This document shows, piece after piece, positions 1-13,482 of a stretch of DNA of 64,000 nt. The position numbers and the translations under genes were made by a program. Each line of letters opens with the position of its first letter. The stretch's first letter is position 1. The notes under the pieces are model-generated. The model was given only the letters and a program-made list of their open reading frames with translations. It had not been told where the DNA came from and made no database searches. Source of the DNA: Octopus sinensis (Eukaryota). Location of the stretch: contig NC_042997.1 in NCBI RefSeq assembly GCF_006345805.1, forward strand, positions 116,188,001-116,252,000, written 5' to 3'.

Positions 1-69
1 CTATAGTCTCAGGCCGACCAAAGCTTTTTGAGTGAATTTGGTAGACGGAAACTGAAAGAAGCCCGTCGT

Positions 70-112
70 CTCTCTGTCTCTTTTTTTCTCTCTGTCTCTC
101 TCTGCCTCTGTC

Positions 113-148
<36 letters not shown>

Positions 149-150
149 GC

Positions 151-188
<38 letters not shown>

Positions 189-256
189 CGTGTGTTTGTG
201 TGTGTGTATATACATACATACATACACCCATACCCATACACACACACATACATACG
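70..256. repeat. Compound microsatellite (CT/CTGT)n-(TA)n-(TG)n-(CA)n inside a family-B SINE fragment that starts at the window edge
   Basis: Directly visible; preceded by the SINE motif ggtagacggaaactgaaagaagcccgtcg (39-68). Confidence 0.9.
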
Positions 257-707
257 CAAAAGCACCTACACCCACAGCTTTAATCCACCAAATACCAATC
301 GCATCATATTGCTTAACCTAAGGCTTTAATAAATGACACTTAGCGTGGTGGGATCGAAACCTCTGCACCACAGAGACCGGTTTCTTATTCACACGTGCAT
401 GGCTGTTTCTTATTCACACAGCCATGCACACATCCTAAATGTTGAGCATTGCATCTTAATCAAAAGCTGTAAGAAATGTTCTTGTTATTGTTGTTATACT
501 GATGGTTGTTTTATTAGGCGTGGGGTGGGGGAAAATTTGTTTTTTAATAAATGTTGGCCTGGTGGGTTATTCCGGTGGATTTTTGAGAATTCGTGTCTGA
601 GATTTTAATTCCATTCTCAGTTGCAAAGTTTCCTGTCATTGTTCAAGATCCTCATATTCACACCATTTCGTGTCTCTTGGTAGATGCGAATATCATCTTT
701 TCACAAA

Positions 708-709
708 GC

Positions 710-764
<55 letters not shown>
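708..764. repeat. (AAT)n microsatellite, 5' flank of an R4/Dong-like copy
   Basis: Direct reading. Confidence 0.97.
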
Positions 765-1464
765 TAAGAACAAACTACATAAAATACAGAATAGACAACA
801 CATCAGAAAGCGATAAGTGCAGAATCTGTGGACAAAACGGTGAAACCGTATGGCATATTACCAGCCAACGTACGCCACTAGCCCAGAAAGAATATAAGAG
901 ATGCCACGACAATATAGCAAGGTTTGTCCATTGGACACTTTGCAACAAGTATGAACTTGACAGAGCAAAAAGTTGGTACGACCACAAACTCGAAGGTATC
1001 ATCGAAAATAAAAATGCAAAGATCCTATGGGATTTTATGATTCAGTGCGACCACGAGATAGAGAATAGGAAGCCAGATATAGTCTTAATGGAGAAAGACA
1101 ACAAACTATGCAGGATCATAGATATAGCATGCCCAGATGACAACAAGGTATGCGATAAGGAAGAAAGAAAAGTCGAGAGATATGACAGGTTAGCTTGGGA
1201 AGTTAAGCAGTTGTGGTCGATGAAAAAGGTAGCAATAATATCAATAATTGTCGGAGCCCTGGGAACAGTGAGCAAAAAAGTTGGAAAGTACGTGGAAGAA
1301 ATAGGGGCTGCAATAAGGCTGGAACACTTGCAGAAAACATCACTGCTTGGAACCGTTCAAATACTCCGGAAGGTGCTCGAAAAATAAGAGGTGTTACCTT
1401 AGTTCACTGGTGGTGAACAGCTGACACTGTAGTACATCTCCAGCGTTAGAAGCTGTGCAAAGGC

Positions 1465-1465
<1 letters not shown>
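764..1465 (+). mobile_element. 5'-truncated R4/Dong-like non-LTR retrotransposon (zinc knuckle + restriction-like endonuclease + 3' UTR)
   Basis: Frame is open 764-1387: CRICGQNGETVWHITSQR (CCHC knuckle, last C lost), CHDNIARFVHWTLC, ILWDF, RKPDIV..IIDIACP..KEERKVERY..L..EVKQLW, IIVGALG, LQKTSLLGT. Flanked by (AAT)n on both sides. Confidence 0.9.
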
Positions 1466-1518
<53 letters not shown>

Positions 1519-1519
<1 letters not shown>

Positions 1520-1720
1520 GCTTCAAATTTTGCCATAAGGACAGCAATTTTGGGAGATGGGATGAGTCGATTACATCTTCAACTGGTACTTACTTTATCG
1601 ACCACAAAAGGATGAAAGGTAAAGTCGACCTCGGCGGAATCTGAACTCAGAACGTAAAGACGGACGAAATACCGCTAAGCATTTTGCCCGGCATGCTAAC
1701 GATTTTGCCGGCTCGCCGCC

Positions 1721-1722
<2 letters not shown>
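1519..1722 (-). mobile_element. Family-A tRNA-derived SINE monomer
   Basis: Matches the window consensus aaggcggcgagctggcagaa...gagttcaaattccgccgaggtcgactttgcctttcatcctttcggggtcgataaa; more than 15 copies in the window. Confidence 0.85.
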
Positions 1723-1767
<45 letters not shown>

Positions 1768-1769
<2 letters not shown>

Positions 1770-2105
1770 AGATGGAGAAATACAGACTACTAAAAGACGA
1801 AATTGCAAGAATGTAGGCCATGAGGAGAGTAGCTGTTATCCCAGTAGATGTAGGAGCACTCGGAGCACTAACGATCAAGTAGGAGAAACCTGTCGGAGAA
1901 ACCGGAATTGATATGAGGGCCGAGCAGGCTCCAAAAACTACTCTATTGGGGACAGCTAAGATTTTGCTTGGGTTTTGAGTGTTTTCCACAGTAAGTTATC
2001 ATCCAAGTACCATAGCTTGATTTGCAGAAAGGGTCTCTGACATCAGGTTGGTGTCCGCTGTTACAGAATCAATCAGACCAATGTAAGAACGAGAGCTCTG
2101 TGAAG
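1768..2105 (+). mobile_element. R4/Dong-like 3' fragment, degenerate
   Basis: KMEKYRLLKDEIARM*AMRRVAVIPVDVGALG...KTTLLGTAKIL; (AAT)n on both sides (1723-1767, 2106-2274). Confidence 0.8.
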
Positions 2106-2175
<70 letters not shown>

Positions 2176-2184
2176 TTAATAATA

Positions 2185-2215
<31 letters not shown>

Positions 2216-2226
2216 TGATGATAATA

Positions 2227-2274
<48 letters not shown>

Positions 2275-2276
<2 letters not shown>

Positions 2277-2520
2277 CTAAGAAGAAGAATAGTCATCGGA
2301 GCACTAGGTTCAATACCATCCAGCCTGAAGAAACATTTGGAAACTTTAGAAATACCCTACAATCTATTACAGAAATCGGCATATCTCGGAACTGTATGCA
2401 TATTGTGTAAAGTATTGTCTACTTGAGGTCCTTGTTGTGACTTGACAGACAATACAAACCCCCGGTAGACAATATCTTCAGTCAATATCACGATATTGAA
2501 TACTGTACAACATCTTAAAT
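2275..2520 (+). mobile_element. R4/Dong-like 3' fragment
   Basis: IVIGALGSIPSSLKKHLETLEIPYNLLQKSAYLGTVCILCKVLST*; 3' UTR (gtccttgttgtgactt...acaatatcttca...atcacgatattg) shared with the copy at 12075-12950. Confidence 0.85.
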
Positions 2521-2527
2521 AATAATA

Positions 2528-3785
2528 GAGAACTATCATAAAATCACAACAGGTGGACTAGAAAAGTATTTAAAAACAAAAAGTGGAAGACTACATGTAA
2601 TAAAGTAACACGAGATAAAGAAAACGCTTTTCTCTATACACAAGGAGGCGATAAAATATAAAACAGAAACAAACTACGCAGTCAAAGAGACAAAAAACAA
2701 CAACATGAAAACAGAATTACAAAACATACTAAAGGAGAAATGGAGAGAAAAAGCACTCCATGGCCAATACCTTTCAAGGGTTGACAGAAGAAGTGAGCTT
2801 AAGTAAAAGCCAACAATGGTTCAAAAACTCTGAACTAAACGCTGAAACAGAGGGACTGATTCTTGCTGAGCAAGACCAATGTCTGACCACGAACAACTAT
2901 AAAAGTAAAGTAATGAAAACGGGCCCTAACACCAAATGCAGATTGTGTAACGGGCGCAGTGATACAGTCGACAATATCATCTCTGGTTGTCTAGTCCTTG
3001 CTAAATCTGAATATATGTACAGACACGACCGAATATGTAATTATATCCATTGGACAATATGCTAACACTACAAGATAAAAACTGACAATAAATGGTATAA
3101 ACAAGGTACAAGACAACGAGCAGGCCACAATCATCTGGGATGTGCCTGTTGAAACTGACAAAGAAATAAAAGCTGAACGCTCAGACATAGGGATCTGGGA
3201 TTGGAAAAAAACCTGCTCACTGATTGACATAGCAGTCTCTCCTGCCAAAAATATTATCCAAAAAGAAGCGGAGTAATTGTCAAAGTACAATGATCTCGAA
3301 TTTGACGTATTCAAGATGTGGAGCATGAAGGTGGAAACAATACCAGTAATAAATGGAGCATTGGTCATAAAGAAACATACGAATAAAAATGCAGAAGCTG
3401 TACCTGGATCCTCAACATTACACACTATCCCCAAAATAGCCCTGTTAGGAACAGCCTACGCAAGACACTATCAATTCAATAATAGATCCTAAATAAAACA
3501 ATCCACAAGCACAAAACAGTCTATACAGCAAATATCCAATGAAATAAACTTTCACCAGTAGGTTTATAAACCCACGCACTACACACAACAGACAATACAA
3601 GCACTAATACAACAAAAGACTGCATCACACCTCATAAAAACTGACCCAATACAGTACCGAAAAGAGTTTGCACACTCCCAACAACAAAAAAGAACACACA
3701 ATGCAACCCCCACCCTCCAGCAACACGGTGATGTAGCAGGTGATGGAGTAGAAATTTGCCTGAAACTACCAAATGTTGAACAATG
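2528..3785 (+). mobile_element. R4/Dong-like fragment with frameshifts and stops, plus long 3' UTR
   Basis: ETEGLILAEQDQCLTTNNY..CRLCNGRSDTVDNIISGCLVLAKSEYMYRHDRICNYIHWTIC; KYNDLEFDVFKMWSMKVETIPVINGAL; PKIALLGTA. Confidence 0.85.
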
Positions 3786-4884
3786 ATAATAATGACAATA
3801 ATTTCTAATTTCGATACACGGTCAGCAGCTTTGAGGAAAGGATGTATGTCAATACAATTGACCCCATGACTTGTCTAGTACCTTATTTTATGGATCTCGG
3901 GAGTATTTGAAATCAGAACGTAAAAGACCTGACAAAATACAGGAAGTTGTTTTTTTTACGCTCTACCGATTCTGCAAAGTCACATTTCTTTTTAAGGCTA
4001 CAATGGAACCAAAATGATGAGAGCAATACCAAGGCGAATTACCCACGTAAACAGCAAGCATAACCAGTGGTGAATTTACACCAAGTAAAAGGATTAGATT
4101 AACATTAAGCATTATCCGAAATCCAGTAACTTAGATTAGTAGAGGAATATTTTTAAAGTAAAAGATATATTTAACTGAAATATGTCATTTCATAGTTACT
4201 CCGAGATACGTTTCATGAGGACTAGAGACGTTTGCAACATTCTATCACAAAGAACCACGACGTCAGTAAAGAGATACAAAAAAAGTAACCCAATTAAATT
4301 AGTTGGTTATATCTAGCAATTAAAAAAACCCTTTCAGGCTATAGAATTAATTGGAAAATCACGAAAAGATTAAAACCCAACAAAACTGAGAGCAAAAGCT
4401 GTTATTTATTCTGGGCAGAGGATGAAGTACCTTTAGAGGACAACCCAACTGAAACCTCGATTTGAACATCAGATTAAAGCAATTCAAGAAATACTGACAC
4501 TTTGGGAAGTACCAATTACAGAAATCAAAAACACCCCTTTTACTGGACTAATACCACAAAAAGAATAGACTTTTAATATTGCTTCAAGTTAAGTTTTCTT
4601 CATTTTTATATTACCAACATTTTCCTCTTCCATCATAGTCTTATTTCTCTACATATTATTTACTCTAACACCCCTATTCCTCCCCACCTTACACTCTTGT
4701 ATGTTCCTCCCGCTGATGTTGATGTATTGATTATAGTTAATGCTTTCTAACTTCTTATTCGATTTAAAAAGAAATATTTTCTTTCCAACATCTTCAAAAT
4801 TAACACCTAAGACAGCCAAAGTGCAATAAGTCACATATGGCATCTTAGAGTCAGCCACCTCAGGGAATTGGATGCAATGTACTA

Positions 4885-5066
4885 TATATATATATATATA
4901 TATAATATATATATATATAAATGAATATATATATATATATGTGTGTGCGTGTGTGTGTATGTATCTACATGTATATATATGTGTATATGCATGTATATAT
5001 ATATATTATATATATATATGAATAATTATCTATGTATCTGCATGTGTTTTATATATATATGCATGC

Positions 5067-5106
<40 letters not shown>

Positions 5107-5170
5107 CGTATACATATATGTATGTGTGTTGTATATATATATACGTATGCATATACGTATATGTGCATAT

Positions 5171-5213
<43 letters not shown>

Positions 5214-5253
5214 GTATATATATATATACACGTATATATATGTATATATATAT
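4885..5253. repeat. (TA)n/(TG)n compound microsatellite
   Basis: Direct reading. Confidence 0.95.
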
Positions 5254-5504
5254 AGTAATACTAAGCAATAAAGGGTTTAGCAACGAATTGCCTTACCACA
5301 TACCGAATTTAGAATAGCAGTCAAAGAGTTATAGCTATTTCTTCTACTAAAAAGGGAGATCTCAGTAAAAACAGTCCAATTGCTGTTTTTACTGAGATCT
5401 CCCTTTTTTGTAGAAGAAATAGCTATAACTCTTTGACTGCTATTTCTAAATTCGGTATGTGGTAAGGCAATTCGTTGCTAAACCCTTTATTGCTTAGTAT
5501 TACT
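5254..5504. repeat. Near-perfect inverted repeat, arms 121/122 bp, 8-nt loop
   Basis: 5254-5374 is the reverse complement of 5383-5504 with one mismatch and one 1-nt indel; loop tccaattg. Confidence 0.95.
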
Positions 5505-5611
5505 TAAATTTTCCTCGAATGAGGCTTTTACATGCCGAAGACTACTTGGTGTAATTGATAATTATTCCAAATTAATTAATTTCACCCTTCATTATTATGT
5601 ATATATATATA

Positions 5612-5663
<52 letters not shown>

Positions 5664-6175
5664 TAAAGTGAAGTCTATGTATTGAAGAAAATGTTTTCCT
5701 TATCGTATGTATGTATGTATGTATGTATGTATGTATGTATGTATCTATGTACATGTGTATATATGTAAGCATGTATGTATGCATACAACAGGTAGAATAA
5801 TAAGGAATTGATTGAAAAAATTAAATAAAATACACAGATAAAGTGAGAGAAAACAGAAGATCGCATCTGCAAATTACTGGAGGCCTATGTGGAAGAAGTT
5901 CAAACAACATTAACACAGTACGTCCACATGTCAAAGGACAACAAAAAGGGAAAAAAATAACGAGAAAAATGAAAGAAAAGAAAAGGTAAGAATATTGAGG
6001 AAGATTGTAGAAGCTGGCAAATAACTGAGTTTCAACAGATCCAGTGAAATTGTATCAGTGACCTTTTGACTTATTAAGAAATAAATGGGGAATATGAAGC
6101 TTTCTCGCTGCAATAGTTTTGACTGTTTAACACATGAGTTACATACCATGCGATGTGTATATGTACACACACACA

Positions 6176-6206
<31 letters not shown>

Positions 6207-6209
6207 CAC

Positions 6210-6262
<53 letters not shown>

Positions 6263-6443
6263 GTTGTGTTAAAATAATACTTCTTCAAAGTATGTTTCGG
6301 AACAGAAACGGATTACGAATAACATTTATCGGTGATGTGACTCTATACAGGGAAAAGAGTAAAACGTGTCGACTGGTTGATTTAGCTGATAGGCGAAACT
6401 AAGAGGCTCAGTCAACTTGATCTTCCCAGTGCACGCGCGCACA

Positions 6444-6479
<36 letters not shown>

Positions 6480-6689
6480 CGCGCGCGCGCGCACGCACAC
6501 ACACACACACACACACACACAACACACACACACAAAGTATGCTGGTATAGTTCACAGGTGATCTAAACAATTAGGTACTCCAAGTAAGTGCTGTAATGGA
6601 TTGCTGGGGCTCCATTCTCTTATTGAAGGTTATGTTCGCTTCTTTTTTCGCGGGATGTCTGCTATAACAGGATTTTAACCCACATGGAT

Positions 6690-6960
6690 ATACGCAGGAT
6701 TGAACCTAAGGACTCATGCTCTTGTTTCTATAACTTCGGAAAGATGAACTAAGAACGTTTATGCTTATTTTCCTCTTTCTTTCCATCTCCTTATTATTTT
6801 ACCCCCTTCCGCTATGCCGTCACCTCATTAATTATATACCATTCTCCTTTTCCCTATTTTCCCCCGATGAGGGAATATCCCATACTCGGGAATATCCCAG
6901 ACACAGCTGTAAGACTTTGAATTTTTCCAAATAATAATATTGTATACTTGAGATGTTTGC
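6690..6960 (+). mobile_element. Penelope-like 3' terminus remnant with degenerate hammerhead motif
   Basis: ggattgaacc (GLN-like ORF end), then CCGATGA(6864)...GACACAGCTGTA (6900-6911) with palindromic stem III; ends at (TA)n. Confidence 0.45.
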
Positions 6961-6992
6961 CTTGCCTTAATTTTTATTGTCCTCTTTAACAA

Positions 6993-7074
<82 letters not shown>

Positions 7075-7076
7075 AG

Positions 7077-7280
7077 GCGCTCTTAACCACTATGCCATAT
7101 GCCCGTGGGCATGTTAATAATAATAATAACATCGAAAAATACCTTATGAATGAGAACCCATGTTCCAAATTTCCCCAAGACACTTATTGAGCCGAAACGT
7201 GTTAACAACAAACAAGATGACAAATATCCGTCAAATGTAAATAATGTACATAATTCCTCATCTCTTAAATATAGAACGGT
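7077..7280 (+). mobile_element. Deleted copy of the tRNA-head/hammerhead-tail element
   Basis: Tail aacatcgaaaaatacctta..gagaaccca..ccccaagacac..gccgaaacg..caagatga matches 18436-18570. 7077-7104 is an inverted piece of the tRNA head. Confidence 0.75.
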
Positions 7281-8049
7281 CATAGATGCACGTTCGAATC
7301 TGCTGGCACGTACTGGGGATGTCACGTTATTGTTTGGAATCTTACGATTGTGTGCCCACCTTATAAAGTGTTCCTTTTGGAAAGAGTTTTGTTTTCAGTA
7401 ATTCTTTCCTGCTCCTGACAGCAGTTGCACGTTTTTCTTTATTTCTTGGGCTAAATGGTTTCTTCCTATCAGCGGAACCAATCGTCTAAAACTGTGGATC
7501 CATCCTCTTTATGGTAGACAGAGAAATAGAGAATTCTTCTTCTTGAGCTGGACATGTGTGCCTGTGTGTCTACTTTTTAGCGATTTTACTGGCAACCACT
7601 TCTCCTACACTCCTCTTCTGATTCTTTTTGTTTATCTGCCTCTCTGTCTGTCTCCCTCCCCCATATATATATATATATATATGCACGCATGTGTTCTGCA
7701 TGTCCAACGTAACGCGGATGTTCTACAGAAAACCACACAACTGCAGCATTCATCTCGAAGCAGCATCTCGTATGGACGTGCAGTGCTAAAAAGCATAGAA
7801 GCATATCAATAGCAGACGAAATACCTCTAAGAATTTCGGCCGGCGTGCTAATGATTCTGCCACCTCGCCACCTTTTGTATTGTATAATAATGATATTATA
7901 ACGGTGAGTTACCACTTTTATAACGGGCTGAGATTATCTTATTTATATGGTGATTATTCTCCCGAATAGACTTTTCTAAGTCCACGTCTGTTTGTCATCA
8001 ATGTATAACGTTGTGTTGGATTATCTGGTTTAAAGTGTTTTTTTCTTGA

Positions 8050-8370
8050 AAAAGATAATAAATATATATCTTTTTCTTTTTTAGTAGAAATCTATAGTAA
8101 TAAATCCGTCACATATAACTTAATTATAAGTATTATCACTATACATACCTCACATCTATTTTCTTTCCTCCACCTCACTCTCTATTTTGTATCCTATCTA
8201 AATTAACTATTACTTAACCATCCTCGCACACCATCTCCGATGAGGTGTTATAATTAATAAATATCCTGGAAACGGCTGTAAGACCTTATATCTATAAATG
8301 TTCTAATATCTACACAGCCTTAGTTTTTTTATCTTATTACGCAAAAATTCTTATTATCACTATACATAAA
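8050..8370 (+). mobile_element. Penelope-like terminal-repeat remnant with hammerhead-like motif
   Basis: tct-CCGATGA(8237)-stem II-GAAAC(8269)-GGCT-GTA-aga; same architecture as 6864. Confidence 0.5.
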
Positions 8371-9529
8371 TCTTAAATCACGCTGCGTAAACACTGTGAT
8401 GAATTATACACCAAGACGCTGAAACGTAAATGTATGTTGAAGATAATAAGCTCGCTCTTCTTCACCGCTATAATAACAGTTTCATAGTTACAGAAATAAA
8501 TCTCATTAACAAGTTGAAGAAAATGAAAGAGAAAGTATTTACTAAATTGCTTTATTTACGTACGTTTAATATTTACACTACATTTAGATGTCAAAGAAAA
8601 TTGTCGTAGAGAGTTACGACATAACATTTATATTACTAATTCTTCCATACTAAGCTACTAGAGTTTTACACAACAATTTAAAATAGCCTTGTTGAATTAA
8701 GTAATAGTTATGGCATAACAATAGCCAATATCTCAAAGATGTGAGTGTCGTGGAAATGAGTGACAACCAACGAACACTGAGAGTGAGTATCGTAGAGTCG
8801 AGTGACAACTAACGATCACTGATTAATTTCTCAAAAATCAGGGGTTTTATAACAGCTCATACCTGAATTCTAAGAACCGTATTTCGAGAAAGGATTTCTC
8901 ATTGACGAAAGTTTAGAATTCAAATATAGGCAGTAATTCTAACCAATGGGAAACTAACAGTTATACCTATTCGGGCAAAAAGTTTATTATTATGAATGAA
9001 ATAATATCGTGTGTGTGTGTGTGTGTGTGTGTGTATTTGTGAGTGTGTGTGCCAGGAACAGGTTAATAGTCACTTCTTTAATAATTTTTAGATTTTAGAA
9101 TTTACACTAACTGGTTTACGGAGATTAACAATTTGGTATTTTCTATCCAAATCAGCGTGATCTTTGCTTTTCTTTGAAACCATATCTAACATTAAAGAAA
9201 AATAAACAAAGCTGCATAACATCATTGTTTAATCTAACTAGACGACTTTTAATTAGAACTATTTATACAAAATCTAAGATTTAAACATTAACAAAACCTT
9301 CTGGTAGTTCTTCATTTGAAGAAACCTCTTGGCATTTGGAATACGATTCACAAACTTTTTACCATAAATAACAAATTTTTAAAAAATCGAAAAACTTATC
9401 CATTTTCTGTATGTATTGTAAGAATATGTTCTGTTTTGAGGCTATACTGGTTTGATAAGCCTGCTCTGCAATATTGACTCTACATGGTTTGGCAGAGGAA
9501 TGCAGTTTTTTGTTTTACTCATTCCCAGG

Positions 9530-9703
9530 AGCAGTCAAGTCGATTACACCGACCTTAGTGATCAAATGGTATTTATTTTATCGACCTCGAAAGAATGAAG
9601 GGCAAAGTTGACCTCAGTGGGATTTGAACTCAGCATGTAAAGGCGGACGAAATAGTGCGGAGCGTTTCGCCCGGCATGCTAACGATTCTGCCAGCTTGCC
9701 GCC
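9530..9703 (-). mobile_element. Family-A SINE
   Basis: Consensus match. Confidence 0.8.
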
Positions 9704-10519
9704 TTTTTGTTTTTTTACAGTTAAAGGCGGTATTTCGTATACGCTGGTGGTTTATCCTTGAGATTGTCGATATTCTAATTAACGTTGTTTCTGTTATTGC
9801 AGTTGTGGTCGTTATTGTCGGAGTTGTCGTTGTTATTTCTGCTGTTGTAACTATACTCTTACATAAGCGGTAACGAATGGAGAAAGTATCGCGAATTGAT
9901 TCAAATCTCACTTGAAAAATATGTATTAGCACCTCGTCACTGATGTCGTGTTGTCACTAGCTTTATTTAGTAATCTCTCTACTTTCTTAGCAACCGAAAT
10001 CAGATAAAACAGCTGTGATTTTCAAGGGCAGACAGTGAATCATCTCTGATGAAAATAATTTATATAAAATTATATAAAAGAAAAAGAAAAGCCAAGCCAG
10101 AAATAGAAAATAAAATATGAGGACAACTTTTAAAGACAGTTTTATTAGGATAACTCTTAAAAAAAGAAAAGGTCATTGACGTTTCGGACGCTAGACATTC
10201 ATCAACAAAGGAGGAAGATTAGAAGGAATGGGAAAACGAATAGGAGAAAAGTGGTGGGACAGCAAGAAAGTGTTTAAGGTCCATGTGGGAATGTGGTTCT
10301 ATGGGGTTGAATAATTTGTATAAACTCACTTTGTTAGTGTCATCATTCAACTGAAAGAGTTCAGCTGCTGATTGTTCTGGTCGCTGACAACCAATCGTAT
10401 CATCGGAAAAATTGAGACTAGCACGATAACCAATGACTATCCAGATGCCGACAACCATCTGCATAATTAAGGTAGTCGTATTATCAGGAAGGACATCAAC
10501 ATTAACCTATATTATCGTA

Positions 10520-11000
10520 ATTACCTCCCGCACTATCTCTAACATCGCCATATCTATCACTACCACCTTCACCATCATCATCATCATCATCGTTGCCATA
10601 ACCAGAAGTACCACCACCTCTACTCCTAACACCACTAGCAACATCATCACCATCACTACAACCATCACTACAGCCACAAGCGCCATCACCTGTTGATATT
10701 TTTACTAGAACTACCGTCACTACCACGACCATCACCACGACCATGACCATCAAAACTATCACTCCCACCACCATCATCATCACCACCTCTATCATCGTTT
10801 TTACGAACAAAACCACCACCACCGTTGCCACCACCACAACCGCCACCGCCACCATCATCACCAACACCATCACCAACACCTGTTGATATCATCTCGCCAA
10901 CACCTCAAGCGCTAGCACTCATTGATAAAATCTTCATCATTACCGACACCATCATCACCATCACAACATCAAGCACCACAACTCACTGATACCATCTCCA
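10520..11000. repeat. (ACC/ATC)n low-complexity tract
   Basis: Degenerate trinucleotide repeats; explains the V/M/G/D-rich ORFs. Confidence 0.85.
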
Positions 11001-11143
11001 TTACACACACACACACACACACACAGACACATACATTGTTATTCCATTATGTAGGCTAAAAAATGGAAACTGAAAGTAATCGTATGACGATTTAAGATAC
11101 TTAAAATAGATGTAAATGACATTAGATTTGTGGCAAATAATAA

Positions 11144-11203
<60 letters not shown>

Positions 11204-11204
<1 letters not shown>

Positions 11205-11407
11205 CCTTTCTACTATGGGTACAAGGCCTGAAATTTTAGAGGAGGGGGCCCGTCGATTAGATCGATCCACAGTATATTTAAGTGCGCAATTGGTACTTAA
11301 TTTGCCGAAAGGATGACAGCCAAATTCGACCTCAGAACGTGAGGACGGAAGAAATGTCACTGAGCATTTCGCCCGGTGTGCTAACGATTCTACCAAATCG
11401 CCGCCTT
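11204..11407 (-). mobile_element. Family-A SINE between (AAT)n tracts
   Basis: Consensus match; (AAT)n at 11137-11203 and 11408-11448. Confidence 0.8.
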
Positions 11408-11408
11408 A

Positions 11409-11448
<40 letters not shown>

Positions 11449-11450
<2 letters not shown>

Positions 11451-12004
11451 AATACTCTGATGCAGTACCAAGCAGTGGCTCTCATGAGTTCTGATCTTAA
11501 CTGTTTGGAAGTGTTATCATGTACATTGTTTTGTCTCGGTATAAAAAGATGGGCTACAGCAAATATTCTGCTCAATACCACAGACTTGCTTGTCAGTTGT
11601 TTGACCTTAACCAGTTGTGCATGTCCTTTAGTTGCTGATAATATGTGCGTCTCTGATCACGAGCAGAAGTAGTTGGGGAGCATCATAGCCATGTGTTGAA
11701 AGGAATTCTTTGGGGTTTGAATAATTCACCTCTGGAAACATGGGTGTTTTGTTCAATATCCTTAAACAGCCATTATTCAGGGACCGTTTGAGAGGGATTG
11801 GTTACTCAAACCGAAGAAAATTCTAACTGGGCCCCCACACGTAAGATCATGCACCGTTTATCTTTATATGAAATCACCATGTCATGCACATATGGTTGTG
11901 ATGCATGTACCTTGCTGTGCCCTTATCAGGCGGGTAGTCATGACGGGTATGTTGGGCTTCGTACCCAAGTGTTACTTTGATGGCCTGAATTGCTCTCTCA
12001 TTCA
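11449..12004 (+). mobile_element. Unclassified ~555-bp interspersed element bounded by (AAT)n
   Basis: Higher-GC, non-coding block precisely between two (AAT)n tracts, ending ctctctcattcaataataat. Confidence 0.5.
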
Positions 12005-12018
12005 ATAATAATAATAAC

Positions 12019-12049
<31 letters not shown>

Positions 12050-12074
12050 TAATAATAATAATAATAATAATAAT

Positions 12075-13059
<985 letters not shown>

Positions 13060-13293
13060 CAACAACAATAATGATGATTGTGATGTTCATGATGAAGATA
13101 ATAATTCATCTATGTGATTGTTGCAATAATTAATGTCTGTTAATAAAATGTAATGAATGGTTGTAATTAGTTCTCGTCGAATACAGTAGAATTTATCGTC
13201 TTGGTTGAAAACTTGCCAAAATATTTATTCAACAAAAGTTGCTTTTTCTAGTGAAACATCTTGGTTAGCTTATGTAGTCTGCTGTGTCTGGTG

Positions 13294-13482
13294 CAGCAGT
13301 TCTCAACCGCGGCTCGTAGGGCCGCATGCGTCTCTCAAGCATCCTTCCAGAGACCCTCCACAATCTTCCTTCTATAAATATGATATAATAAATTTTTTTT
13401 CAATTGGTTTGTTTTACTTTTCGTGATGTGGTCCCCTAAAAAAAATTCAGGTTTTGGATATTAAAAGGTTTGAGAATCACTG
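13294..13482. mobile_element. hAT-type MITE
   Basis: TIRs cagcagttctcaacc / gtttgagaatcactg; 8-bp TSD gtctggtg / gtctggcg. Confidence 0.8.

Noticed and set aside
5835-6170. Helical-looking peptide EDRICKLLEAYVEEVQTTL with a strong gtaag donor
   Set aside because: Frame is broken by stops, acceptor is poor and family is unrecognised; possibly TE debris.
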